Shown here piece after piece: positions 35,546 through 43,752 of a stretch of DNA of 50,737 bases (its first letter is position 1; each line of letters starts with the position of its first letter). Both the position numbers and the translations under genes were made by a program. The notes below the pieces were generated by a model that had not been told where the DNA came from, searched no databases, and saw only the letters and a list, made by a program, of their open reading frames with translations. The DNA lies in assembly GCA_036407055.1 (NCBI GenBank), contig DASWZY010000062.1, forward strand, positions 1 through 50,737, in the 5' to 3' direction. The stretch is from Candidatus Binatia bacterium (lineage in GTDB: Bacteria > Desulfobacterota > Binatia > UBA9968).

Positions 35546-36100
35546 CTATTTCGGCTGCAGGAACGAAAGCCGCTCGGCCATCGGCGTAGTCGGGAACGTA
35601 TAGCCGCAGGCCACGCAGGTGCGGAGCGCCGGATCGGCGTTGAACTCCGAGTAGACTTTGGAAACCTGGCCGCCGACGTCGCCCTGGACGACGGCGCGCG
35701 CGAGAACCTTGGCATCGCATTTCTCGCAGAACCAGACGAACTCTTCGGTCTCGTCGGGCTTGCGCTTGCGCTCGATCACGAGCCCCCAGGTGTTTTCCGG
35801 CCGGCGCGGCGAATGCGGCAGATTGCCGGGGCAGACGAAAATTTCCCCTTCGCGGATGTGGACCACCTCGCGCCTTTTGCCTTCCGGCTTTAAGTGCAGC
35901 TCCATGCCGCCCTCGACTTGATAGAAAAATTCGTCGCCCGGGTCGATGTGGAAATCGAGCCGCGTGTTCGGCCCGCGCAGCATCATCACGAGAAAGTCCT
36001 GGTGATGGACGAGCAGCCGGTTGGTCTTGAACGGCGGCGAGAAGAGATGCTGGTTCTCCTCGATCCAGCGCTTCAGATGAAATGTCGAGAGCGCATCCAT
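35546..36100 (-). CDS. nbaC: 3-hydroxyanthranilate 3,4-dioxygenase
   Basis: The 184-aa product MDALSTFHLKRWIEENQHLFSPPFKTNRLL...HIDPGDEFFYQVEG...PHSPRRP plus the C-terminal CEKC...CVAC rubredoxin-like site is the HAAO pattern. The rest of the 368-aa ORF is shadow. Confidence 0.85.
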   Translation of the reverse strand: MDALSTFHLKRWIEENQHLFSPPFKTNRLLVHHQDFLVMMLRGPNTRLDFHIDPGDEFFYQVEGGMELHLKPEGKRREVVHIREGEIFVCPGNLPHSPRRPENTWGLVIERKRKPDETEEFVWFCEKCDAKVLARAVVQGDVGGQVSKVYSEFNADPALRTCVACGYTFPTTPMAERLSFLQPK

Positions 36101-36102
36101 TT

Positions 36103-37095
36103 TTATTTGCCGTACAGCTTGGCGACGAAGCCGCTGTCTTCCAATTCTTTTAGGAAGCGCGGCTCGACGAAACGCTTCGGGTCTGCGCCCTTCGCCTTGG
36201 GATTCGTTTTCGCGAGATCGTCGATGATCGCCTCGATCCCCTTCTCCGTCGGATACGGCACCCGCGCCATGAACTTGATCGCATAGGCGTCGTAGGATTC
36301 TTCCAGCGCCTCGGGATCGTTGGTGTTCATCAGCTTCGCGATCACTTTCAAGCTCGCCGGCTTGTTGGTCTTGAAGTAGTGAATGCCCTCGACGAACGCC
36401 TTCGTGAGGCGGCGCACGAGGTCCTCTTTCTTGTCGATAACCGTGCGCGTGGTCGCGAGCGAGGTGCCGAGATAATCGAGCCCAAGATCGACAAGCGCGA
36501 CGAGGCGGTTGAAGCCCGCCTTCTGCGCCTTGGTCGTGAGCGGCGGCTGGAACAGCGCCGCGTCCACCCTGCCGGACTGGAGCGCGAGATAGCGGTCCGG
36601 CGGCCCGCCGATCGAGACCAGCGCGACGTCCTTGTCGGGCTCGAGCCCCCACTTCTTCAAAGCGACCGTCGCGCCGTAGTAGTCCGAAGATCCGGGACGC
36701 GCGATGCCGATGCGCTTGCCCTTGAGATCGGCCGGCTTCTTGATCGACGGCGCGGCGAACACAGAATGCTCCAACACGTTGACGAAGCTCATCAGGATCG
36801 CGGTGTCCGCGCCCGACAGATTGGCCGCGACCGAGGACGGCCCGGCGAAGATGTTGAAATCGACGCTGCCGGAGATCAGCGCGGCGGTGTTGGTGGGGCC
36901 GCCGACGATGTAGACGATCTGCGGCTCGATGCCGTACTTGGCGAAGATGCCGGCGTCACGCGTGAGGTAGAGAATCGCCTGCGACGCGGACATCGCGCTG
37001 TGCGCGATCGGCACCTTGTCGAGCGCCGCGCTGGAGCCGGCGCCGGAAAGGATCAGGAGCGAGGACGCCGCCAACGCCTTGAGACTCAGTCGCAT
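36103..37095 (-). CDS. NMT1-like ABC transporter substrate-binding protein
   Basis: The start at MRLSLKALAASSLLILSGAGS gives a signal peptide. ATG 37095 overlaps the VOC stop (TAATG). It is a paralogue of 30976..31962. Confidence 0.7.
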   Translation of the reverse strand: MRLSLKALAASSLLILSGAGSSAALDKVPIAHSAMSASQAILYLTRDAGIFAKYGIEPQIVYIVGGPTNTAALISGSVDFNIFAGPSSVAANLSGADTAILMSFVNVLEHSVFAAPSIKKPADLKGKRIGIARPGSSDYYGATVALKKWGLEPDKDVALVSIGGPPDRYLALQSGRVDAALFQPPLTTKAQKAGFNRLVALVDLGLDYLGTSLATTRTVIDKKEDLVRRLTKAFVEGIHYFKTNKPASLKVIAKLMNTNDPEALEESYDAYAIKFMARVPYPTEKGIEAIIDDLAKTNPKAKGADPKRFVEPRFLKELEDSGFVAKLYGK

Positions 37096-37529
37096 TATTT
37101 CCTCCGCCCCCGGCGCCGCCGGACGAATTTGTTGCGGTTGCAAGCGACCTCGACGCGGTTGCCGTCGGGGTCGAGGAAGCTGACCGAACGGTTCTGCGCG
37201 ACCTCCAGAATCTCGGGGCCGCTGACGATCTCGATGCCGCGCTTCTGTAAAACCGGATAGAGCTTGTCGACGGCCTTGTCGTCGTCGACGTAGACGCAGA
37301 AGTGATGCAGCCCCGGGATGCCGTCGCCGGCGATCCGCTTCGCGCCGCGCGGCAGCTCCATCAAAGCGATGTCGTGGTGCTCGGCGCCGAAGCTCAAGAA
37401 CGACATCTTCGTGCGCGCGTTGCGCCCCGAGACCGCCATGCCGAGAATATCGCGGTAAAAGCGCTCGGACTTTTTCAAGTCCCGCACGTTCAAGACGACG
37501 TGGCCCAGGACGCCGCGCGCAATAGCCAT
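37095..37529 (-). CDS. VOC-family protein (glyoxalase / extradiol dioxygenase fold)
   Basis: LGHVVLNVRDLKKSERFYRDILGM is a typical VOC N-terminal module, and HHFCV is also present. Size is 144 aa. Confidence 0.8.
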   Translation of the reverse strand: MAIARGVLGHVVLNVRDLKKSERFYRDILGMAVSGRNARTKMSFLSFGAEHHDIALMELPRGAKRIAGDGIPGLHHFCVYVDDDKAVDKLYPVLQKRGIEIVSGPEILEVAQNRSVSFLDPDGNRVEVACNRNKFVRRRRGRRK

Positions 37530-37614
37530 TGCGCTAACTTTTAGACGGGAAGGAAGAAGGTGTCAAGAAAGCGCCGGCGCGGGCACGGGCATGAGACCGG
37601 TTCGGGATTAGAAA

Positions 37615-37926
37615 TTAAAGCGTGCAGGAAAGATCGAGGCTGCCGATATCTCGAATCGTCCAGCCGCGGTGCGTTTGGAGGATGCGAAAAATGTCCCCGC
37701 AAAATGCGGGATCGTCGAACAGCAGGCAGCCCATGTATTCGCTATCTTCATGCTCGACGATCAGAAATATCCTGGTCGTCGGCGGCACAATCGACGGGAT
37801 AACGTCTTTCAAAACCCCGATCTCGCCGCGCACTTCTTGTTCATTTTTTCGGGCGCGCGCGACCCAGGCCGGGGGCCAGTTCGCTACGCTCCGGTAAGAC
37901 ATGAGAGGATGAAATCGCAGCTCCAC
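37615..37926 (-). CDS. Conserved-looking small hypothetical protein
   Basis: 103-aa ORF with lower GC. The motifs WPPAW, GEIGVL and CLLFDD..FC were not assignable to a named family. Confidence 0.45.
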   Translation of the reverse strand: MELRFHPLMSYRSVANWPPAWVARARKNEQEVRGEIGVLKDVIPSIVPPTTRIFLIVEHEDSEYMGCLLFDDPAFCGDIFRILQTHRGWTIRDIGSLDLSCTL

Positions 37927-37953
37927 AAATTCCGTTGAATCTAATCTGCGCCG

Positions 37954-38580
37954 TCAGAGCTCCAACGCCTGCCAATCGGTGCCGGCTCTGTGGATCGTGA
38001 CCTGATGACTGTGGACGGCATCGAACATTCTCGCCGGCGTAACGGCAAGCAGATTGTAGCTGCACAGCGCGACGATTCTGTGCTTCTGTAACATTTCCTG
38101 GTTGAAGCCGTTCTCGTACTCTATGAATAGCCGCCAATCGTCTTCGCTGACAAATGAGGTATTGGTGGCAATGCGAAGACCGCTGTAGCCGGCGGCCAGC
38201 GCTTCGCGCTCCTCCGCGAGCCAGTGTTCGACGACATTTAAGCCGCGGAGGCTATTCCCGTTAACGTACCAGCCGCCGGCATCGACGATACGCATCTGTT
38301 TGTCGGCGATCATTCGGTCCAATCCCGCCACGGCTGCTTCGAGGTCACGCTTCGCGTCGGCCATCTCGTACGGCGCGGCCGTGACCCAGACGCACCGTTC
38401 ACGGTTTTTCAACCCGGCCTCGAAGTACGGCACGAGAGTTTGCGCGAGGTCTTCGCGTCTCAAATACCACTGGCAGATATGGCTACCCCAGCGCAGATCC
38501 TCGATGCCGCAGATTCCGGACGGGGTAGTCGCCGCTAACGGCGTTGTTCTCGCCCTTGCCGTCTCCAATTTCAACTCCAA
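37954..38580 (-). CDS. MEDS-domain protein
   Basis: The pattern GSHICQWYLRREDLAQTLVPYFEAGLKNRERCVWV, followed by RIVALCSY, fits the MEDS (DcmR-like sensory) domain. Confidence 0.65.
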   Translation of the reverse strand: MELKLETARARTTPLAATTPSGICGIEDLRWGSHICQWYLRREDLAQTLVPYFEAGLKNRERCVWVTAAPYEMADAKRDLEAAVAGLDRMIADKQMRIVDAGGWYVNGNSLRGLNVVEHWLAEEREALAAGYSGLRIATNTSFVSEDDWRLFIEYENGFNQEMLQKHRIVALCSYNLLAVTPARMFDAVHSHQVTIHRAGTDWQALEL

Positions 38581-38800
38581 TCGAGCTTCCGTGTTACTCC
38601 CTACCTCAAGGATAACGCTAATAACCCGAGTTTGGATTTCGCATTATGAAAAAATTTTACCTGCATCGGGATATTTTTTCCTTATTTTTTAAATCCGGGA
38701 GCAGCTTTATGGCGTTTTATTTTTGTGTAAGCGCGACACGACAAGATCATGCTGCGGGCTCCTTGATTTCTGACCGCTTGACTGACAAAATTCCGCCTGC

Positions 38801-39430
38801 ATGACCTTCGCCGCGGTGCGCTCGATGAAAACGCTCGGGGATGTTCTCTATGCCGAGAAGTCAAAGTCTTGCGTATCCGAGGACGAGTGGCTCGAGCTTG
38901 TCCGCGGCGTCGCGGCCGGCGACCAGCAGGCGCTTCATTCCTTATACGAGAAGGCGCATCGAATCGTTTTTACGCTGATCATGCGCATAACCGCCAATCG
39001 AGAAACCGCCGAAGAAGTCACGGTCGACGTCTTCCACGACGTGTGGCGCAAAGCGTCGGCCTACGATCCCGCCAACGGATCGGTCGTCGGCTGGATCATG
39101 AATCAGGCGCGCAGCAGGGCTATCGATCGGCTGCGGTTCGATCAGCGAAAAAAGCGGGTGGACCCTTATCCGCACAGCTTGGGGCCGACAACGGACATGG
39201 TCGATCCTCAACAAGCCTGTCTGTTCGAGGAGCAGAGCCGGATGTTGCGGTATGCGCTGGAGCTCCTGACCCCGGAGGAACGAACGTCGATCGAAACCGC
39301 CTTTTTCTCCGAATTGACTTACGAAGAGGCGGCAAAGCAGCTGAATCAGCCCCTCGGAACCGTCAAGACGCGAATTCGCTCGGGATTGCGAAAACTTCGA
39401 GAGGCGCTGGGAAGGAATAAGATCGCATGA
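38801..39430 (+). CDS. ECF-type RNA polymerase sigma factor
   Basis: The region 2 pattern is ETAEEVTVDVFHDVWRKASAYD. The region 4 pattern is LTYEEAAKQLNQPLGTVKTRIRSGL. The exact start is uncertain. Confidence 0.85.
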   Translation: MTFAAVRSMKTLGDVLYAEKSKSCVSEDEWLELVRGVAAGDQQALHSLYEKAHRIVFTLIMRITANRETAEEVTVDVFHDVWRKASAYDPANGSVVGWIMNQARSRAIDRLRFDQRKKRVDPYPHSLGPTTDMVDPQQACLFEEQSRMLRYALELLTPEERTSIETAFFSELTYEEAAKQLNQPLGTVKTRIRSGLRKLREALGRNKIA

Positions 39431-40008
39431 TCGCAAAAGCGGGTGCACATAGCCAAGAGCATCAGGAGCTTGTGTCGCTGTTCGCCTTACATGCGATTCC
39501 ATCGCTTGAGATCGCCGCGGCCGAGGCACAAATCGCATCGTGCGCGAAGTGCCGCCGCGAACTCGAAACGCTCCGGCCGGTCGTCCGCTCGTTCGCCGGC
39601 TGGTCCACCGATGTGTTGCGCCCCGCGGAATCCCTATGGGGCCGGCTCGCGGAGCGCGTCGCCGGAGAAACGGGCACCGCGCCGTTCATGCCTCCTCCAC
39701 AAGCGCGAATTAAGCCGGAGTGGGAGGAGCCGGCGCCCGGTATCCACGTCCAAATACTCGCGCGGAACGCTCAAACCGATAGCGTGAGCATGCTGGTCCG
39801 GCTCGAGCCGGGAACCGATTATCCCGCGCATAGGCATGCCGGCGTCGAGGAATTGCATCTTCTCCACGGCGTATTGAAGGTCGACGACAGAACACTCTAT
39901 CCCGGCGATTTTATTCGCAGCGAGGCGGGCACCGTCGACCGTCGCGTGTGGAGCATCACCGGATGCACCTGCTTTCTCGTGACCTCCACCAAAGACTCGC
40001 TTTTCTGA
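39427..40008 (+). CDS. ChrR-type anti-sigma factor (zinc-binding N-domain + C-terminal cupin)
   Basis: There is a 4-nt overlap with the sigma gene. The N-terminal H..(x)..CAKC motif is ZAS-like. The C-terminal region YPAHRHAGVEELHLLHG is cupin-like. Confidence 0.75.
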   Translation: MIAKAGAHSQEHQELVSLFALHAIPSLEIAAAEAQIASCAKCRRELETLRPVVRSFAGWSTDVLRPAESLWGRLAERVAGETGTAPFMPPPQARIKPEWEEPAPGIHVQILARNAQTDSVSMLVRLEPGTDYPAHRHAGVEELHLLHGVLKVDDRTLYPGDFIRSEAGTVDRRVWSITGCTCFLVTSTKDSLF

Positions 40009-40031
40009 TTTCTCAGGTTTGATCGAGTCTT

Positions 40032-40394
40032 ATGCCTATTCCGATTCTGGTTGTCGACGACGAGCCCAACTTCCTGATGCTGATGCGAAAGGCTTTGGGA
40101 AGACGCGGCTTCGAGGTCAGCATCGCGGCGACGGCGTCTGCGGCGCTCGATCTGCTCGATCACGAGTTCTTCAACTTCGCTCTCGTCGACCTGCGGCTCG
40201 GCGGCGGCAGCGGCATGGAGCTGCTCGCCGATCTCAAGCAGCGCAAACCGAACGTCCACGCGATCGTCGTGACGGGCTACCCCAGCGACGAGACGCGCGC
40301 AGCCGCCAGAGATAACGGCGCATCGGCGTACCTGATCAAGCCCGTGACCATTAACAATCTGTTCGATGCCATGACGAAAATCCTCACGAACTGA
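40032..40394 (+). CDS. Single-domain response regulator (CheY-like receiver)
   Basis: ILVVDDE and ALVDLRLGGGSG (phospho-acceptor Asp) are present, together with VVTGY and YLIKP. Confidence 0.9.
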   Translation: MPIPILVVDDEPNFLMLMRKALGRRGFEVSIAATASAALDLLDHEFFNFALVDLRLGGGSGMELLADLKQRKPNVHAIVVTGYPSDETRAAARDNGASAYLIKPVTINNLFDAMTKILTN

Positions 40395-40534
40395 AAACGC
40401 CGGAAGCCGGATTCGTCGCCGCAGCCCGGTCCCGACAATCAATCAGCAGCAATTAATTTCCGGCGAGCGCCCTGTTTACAAAACTCGGGCTATTTCCGTA
40501 TTGCAGCGCTCGGCAGTAGCTCTAAAATTTTTAC

Positions 40535-40756
40535 ATGGCCTACGAGTACCAACCGTGGACCATCGTGCTCCGCTGTTATCGCTGCCAGGGCAAGTTCACC
40601 GTGACCGATGTTTCATTTTCGAAGGTCGCCGCGCTGCCGCTCGTAACCCCGTGCCCGCACTGCCGCGCGCGGCCCTTCGTCTCTGCAAGAGAAGATGAAA
40701 GCAGAGTCCACCGGGTCTTCGACCTTCGCCGTCGCGGGCACGCCGACGCGGCATAA
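40535..40756 (+). CDS. Small zinc-ribbon protein, paralogue 1
   Basis: WTIVLRCYRCQGKFTV...CPHC...HRVFDL. The pattern is shared with the two following genes. Confidence 0.55.
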   Translation: MAYEYQPWTIVLRCYRCQGKFTVTDVSFSKVAALPLVTPCPHCRARPFVSAREDESRVHRVFDLRRRGHADAA

Positions 40757-40773
40757 TCGACCGCGCGGGTCGC

Positions 40774-41001
40774 CTATGCATCCTCGCGCGTTAAACGAAC
40801 GATTAGATGCCGCCGCGGCATTCGCGGAAAGCATGTCGCGGCGTCGGCCTTCGCCGCGCAATGAGGGCAGACGGTGGAATCGGCTGTTGTCCGGATCTCT
40901 GTCGCCGCGATTCCGTTTACGGGGAATTCACCCCCGCATTCGTAGCACCGCAGCTGCAAGGACCAACTACGGCTCATACTTATGACGTAGCCAATATCCA
41001 T
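40774..41001 (-). CDS. Small zinc-ribbon protein, paralogue 2
   Basis: WSLQLRCYECGGEFPV...CPHC...HLIVRL. Confidence 0.55.
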   Translation of the reverse strand: MDIGYVISMSRSWSLQLRCYECGGEFPVNGIAATEIRTTADSTVCPHCAAKADAATCFPRMPRRHLIVRLTREDA

Positions 41002-41078
41002 CGTTCGGGAAGTAGAGGAGATTACTGATCGGTATTACTTCACGGATTGTCCCGATTAAATTCAGCCGGAGGGCGCTT

Positions 41079-41288
41079 ATGCCGGATCGCGGTAAATGGA
41101 CGCTTCGGTGTCAGAACTGCCAGAAAGACTTTCAAGTCGTGGTGAAGCCCGGCGAGCGGCTCAGCGATTTCGCGCGCTATCGCCCGTGCCCGCGCTGCGG
41201 CACGAAGCCGGACGACGTGAGCGACCATCGGTCGCTGGGAACATGGCACCACGTGATCGATTTTCGGAGCATTAAAGAACCGACATGA
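41079..41288 (+). CDS. Small zinc-ribbon protein, paralogue 3
   Basis: WTLRCQNCQKDFQV...CPRCG...HHVIDF. Confidence 0.55.
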   Translation: MPDRGKWTLRCQNCQKDFQVVVKPGERLSDFARYRPCPRCGTKPDDVSDHRSLGTWHHVIDFRSIKEPT

Positions 41289-41321
41289 ATGCCATCCGAT
41301 GCGGGCGGCTGTCGCGCAAAC

Positions 41322-41525
41322 TTAACCGCCGTCGGTCGGCGGTGGAAGGAGGCAAAAGCTGCATTCGGCAAAGTGCCGCTTTGTGATGCACTCCAAGCAC
41401 AGAGCCGCGCTCAGACTGTTCTCCACGGTCTCCAGCTGAAGATAATCGCTCTTCGGCCAGGTGCTGCAATTCTGGCAGAAGTGCCACTTTTCGCTGCCGT
41501 TCCTTCGCCGGTAAGTTACGTTCAT
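41322..41525 (-). CDS. Small Cys-rich protein (WHFCxNCxxWP type)
   Basis: 67 aa. The motifs KWHFCQNCSTWP and CLEC give a four-Cys pattern. It is a different family from the three preceding genes. Confidence 0.45.
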   Translation of the reverse strand: MNVTYRRRNGSEKWHFCQNCSTWPKSDYLQLETVENSLSAALCLECITKRHFAECSFCLLPPPTDGG

Positions 41526-41699
41526 ACGGGAGGGTCCGAAAAAGTCAGTTCCTGTAGGAAATCACAGCATTGCCTCCGGCGCAAGACGGTCGGCGGTAAA
41601 ATTAGCAACTTGCTCGCTGCGGCGCGGGATCGCTTGCGAATTCTCGCGCGATAAACGTCCAACCCCACCCCAGGGTCGCGCAGATCGCCGTGACCCGGG

Positions 41700-42104
41700 C
41701 TACTTTTTCTTTTTCCCGGACTCGGCCGCTTCCGATAGGGTGCCCGTGCCGTGGCTCGCGACGATTTGGTCCTTGATCTTATCGTAATCCTTCTGCTTGA
41801 TGATTTTCTTCGAGACCAGCTCGTCCTTGCGGGCGTAGGGGCGATTTTTGACGATCTTCTTCGCCACATCCTCGTCGACGCCCTTGAGCTCGCCGAGATC
41901 CTTTGCCGAGGCGCTGTTGATGTCGACAAGATGTTTCTTGTCGCCGTTCCTGTCATCCGTCTTCGACCCGCTATGCCCGGTCGCCTTGTCGTAAATCTCG
42001 TTCGCCCCGGGAATCGACGGCATATCGGCCGACCACGCCAACGGCACCCCCATCACCCCCGAGAAAAATAACGCTCCCACGATCGAGAAAACCGATTTTT
42101 TCAT
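41700..42104 (-). CDS. Secreted helix-hairpin-helix (ComEA-like) DNA-binding protein
   Basis: A signal peptide is followed by VDINSASAKDLGELKGVDEDVAKKIVKNRPY, a typical ComEA HhH motif. Confidence 0.7.
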   Translation of the reverse strand: MKKSVFSIVGALFFSGVMGVPLAWSADMPSIPGANEIYDKATGHSGSKTDDRNGDKKHLVDINSASAKDLGELKGVDEDVAKKIVKNRPYARKDELVSKKIIKQKDYDKIKDQIVASHGTGTLSEAAESGKKKK

Positions 42105-42259
42105 AAAACCTCCCTGCTAATGACTTCCGTGTAGTCCATGCCGTTACCTTGGCAATGGCACACGACGGCGAGGGTGGATATCGGGGAAGGCCCTATTTTA
42201 GGTTCGTAAGTCCTGGTACGGGAGTCAGGCTTGCATAGATGAATAGCTCGGAAGACTCA

Positions 42260-42400
42260 ACGTCGCGGTAAAAGCGCTCAGACTTTTTCAAGTCCCGCAC
42301 GTTCAAGACGACGCGGCCCAGGAGCGCGGGAGGGAGAGGCATTGCGCTAAGTTTTGGGTTGGAAAAGAAAGAGGTTTAGCAACGGCGAGCGGGTGCGGTT
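42260..42400 (-). pseudogene. Duplicate fragment (copy B) of the VOC gene 5' end plus leader
   Basis: It aligns by eye to 37449-37590. The minus-strand translation MPLPPALLGRVVLNVRDLKKSERFYRD compares with MAIARGVLGHVVLNVRDLKKSERFYRD in the intact gene. Confidence 0.75.
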
Positions 42401-42519
42401 TGCGCGGCGGGAGAAAATTCAAGATCCAAGACCTGACCCCGCATCTTCTGTTTTCGCCCGATTATAAGTCATTCGTATCCGACAATCAAAATTCAATGTT
42501 GAGAGGACAATGAACCGAG

Positions 42520-42700
42520 AGACGACATCTGGTGCGCCGGTTGCGCCCGGAGACCGCCATGCCGAGAACGTCGCGGTAAAGCGCTCGGAGTTCTTCAAGA
42601 CCGGAGGTTCAGGAGGACTGGCCCCAAGACTGCGGGAGGGATTGCAACAGTGGATAAGTTTTTGACGGGAAGAAGGAAGGTGGCAAGAAATGGGGTTGGC
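42520..42700 (-). pseudogene. Duplicate fragment (copy C) of the VOC gene 5' end plus leader, decayed
   Basis: It aligns to about 37400-37575. It contains a stop (..LLNLRS*) and a 1-nt deletion (cggtaaagcg versus cggtaaaagcg) relative to the intact gene. Confidence 0.7.
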
Positions 42701-42795
42701 GGATGCAGCGGATGAAACTTGACGGATGGTTCGTGGATGAAATAGGCTGCGGCCCAACAGCGAGATAGGCCGACGCTCAATAGCATGAGGTAAAA

Positions 42796-43704
42796 ATGGC
42801 AGTACCCGATTTCCAATCGTTCTTTAAGCCGCTACTGGAACTCGCTTCTGACGGGATTGAGCATTCAGTCGCAGAAGCTCGGGAAAAGATCGCGCAAACA
42901 ATGGGCGTATCCAGTCAGGATCAGGCCGAGTTATTGCCTAGCGGCACTCAAACAAAATTTGACAATCGAGTGGCTTGGGCAAAGAGCTATTTCATTCAGG
43001 CCAAAGTACTCGAAGCGACTCGTCGCGGGCATTTTCGAATCACGGACAGAGGGCATGAGCTGTTGGCCAAAAGGCATCCTCGCATCGATGTTCGGATTCT
43101 TGATCAATATCCTGAGTTTGTTGAGTTTCATACAGCTACTAACGATGGTGACGAGACCAAGCCTGACACTCCGCCAACAACGGCTGAGACTCCCGAGGAG
43201 GTTTTGCAGAAGGCGTATCAAGGAATCCGCCATGAATTGGCTGGTGAAATGCTCAATCGGATAAAAGCAAACTCTCCTCGCTTTTTCGAATTACTCGTCG
43301 TCGACCTAATGGTTGCAATGGGGTACGGCGGATCAAGAGCTGACGCAGGTAAAGCAATAGGCCAGACCGGCGATGAAGGCATTGATGGGATCATCAAAGA
43401 AGATCGACTGGGCCTCGATATCATTTACCTGCAAGCCAAGAGATGGGAAGGAACCGTCGGCAGGCCTGAGATTCATAGATTTGTTGGCGCTCTCCATGGC
43501 AAACGCGCGAGGAAAGGCGTCTTTATCACTACCGGCCGTTTCTCCGAGGATGCGATCAATTATGTGAACAGCATCGATCCAAAAGTCATACTAATAGATG
43601 GCCGCACGCTCGCAAATCTAATGATTGATTTCAATCTGGGAGCTAACACTACAGCTAACTATGAAATTAAACGTATCGATTCCGATTATTTCGGGGAAGA
43701 ATAA
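42796..43704 (+). CDS. mrr: Mrr-type restriction endonuclease (Mrr_N winged helix + Mrr catalytic domain)
   Basis: The N-terminus is MAVPDFQSFFKPLLELASDG. The catalytic region is GDEGIDGII...DIIYLQAKRW..(D..(Q/E)xK). GAGG lies upstream of the ATG. GC is low. Confidence 0.85.
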   Translation: MAVPDFQSFFKPLLELASDGIEHSVAEAREKIAQTMGVSSQDQAELLPSGTQTKFDNRVAWAKSYFIQAKVLEATRRGHFRITDRGHELLAKRHPRIDVRILDQYPEFVEFHTATNDGDETKPDTPPTTAETPEEVLQKAYQGIRHELAGEMLNRIKANSPRFFELLVVDLMVAMGYGGSRADAGKAIGQTGDEGIDGIIKEDRLGLDIIYLQAKRWEGTVGRPEIHRFVGALHGKRARKGVFITTGRFSEDAINYVNSIDPKVILIDGRTLANLMIDFNLGANTTANYEIKRIDSDYFGEE

Positions 43705-43752
43705 CGATGCTCACATTGGCTAAAGAAAAGCTTTTAGCGCACGGCCTGCTCA

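Noticed and set aside
41289-41654. 121-aa plus-strand ORF overlapping the Cys-rich small gene
   Set aside because: It has no motifs and is antisense to the four-Cys ORF 41322..41525, which has the recognisable WHFCxNCxxWP pattern. It is judged a shadow ORF.
42105-42260. Possible tRNA or tRNA fragment as an island attachment site (GGTTCGTAAGTCC resembles a T-loop)
   Set aside because: No cloverleaf can be drawn. The T-arm-like stretch has a 9-nt loop and no acceptor or anticodon arms. The att-like repeats are instead the VOC 5' fragments.
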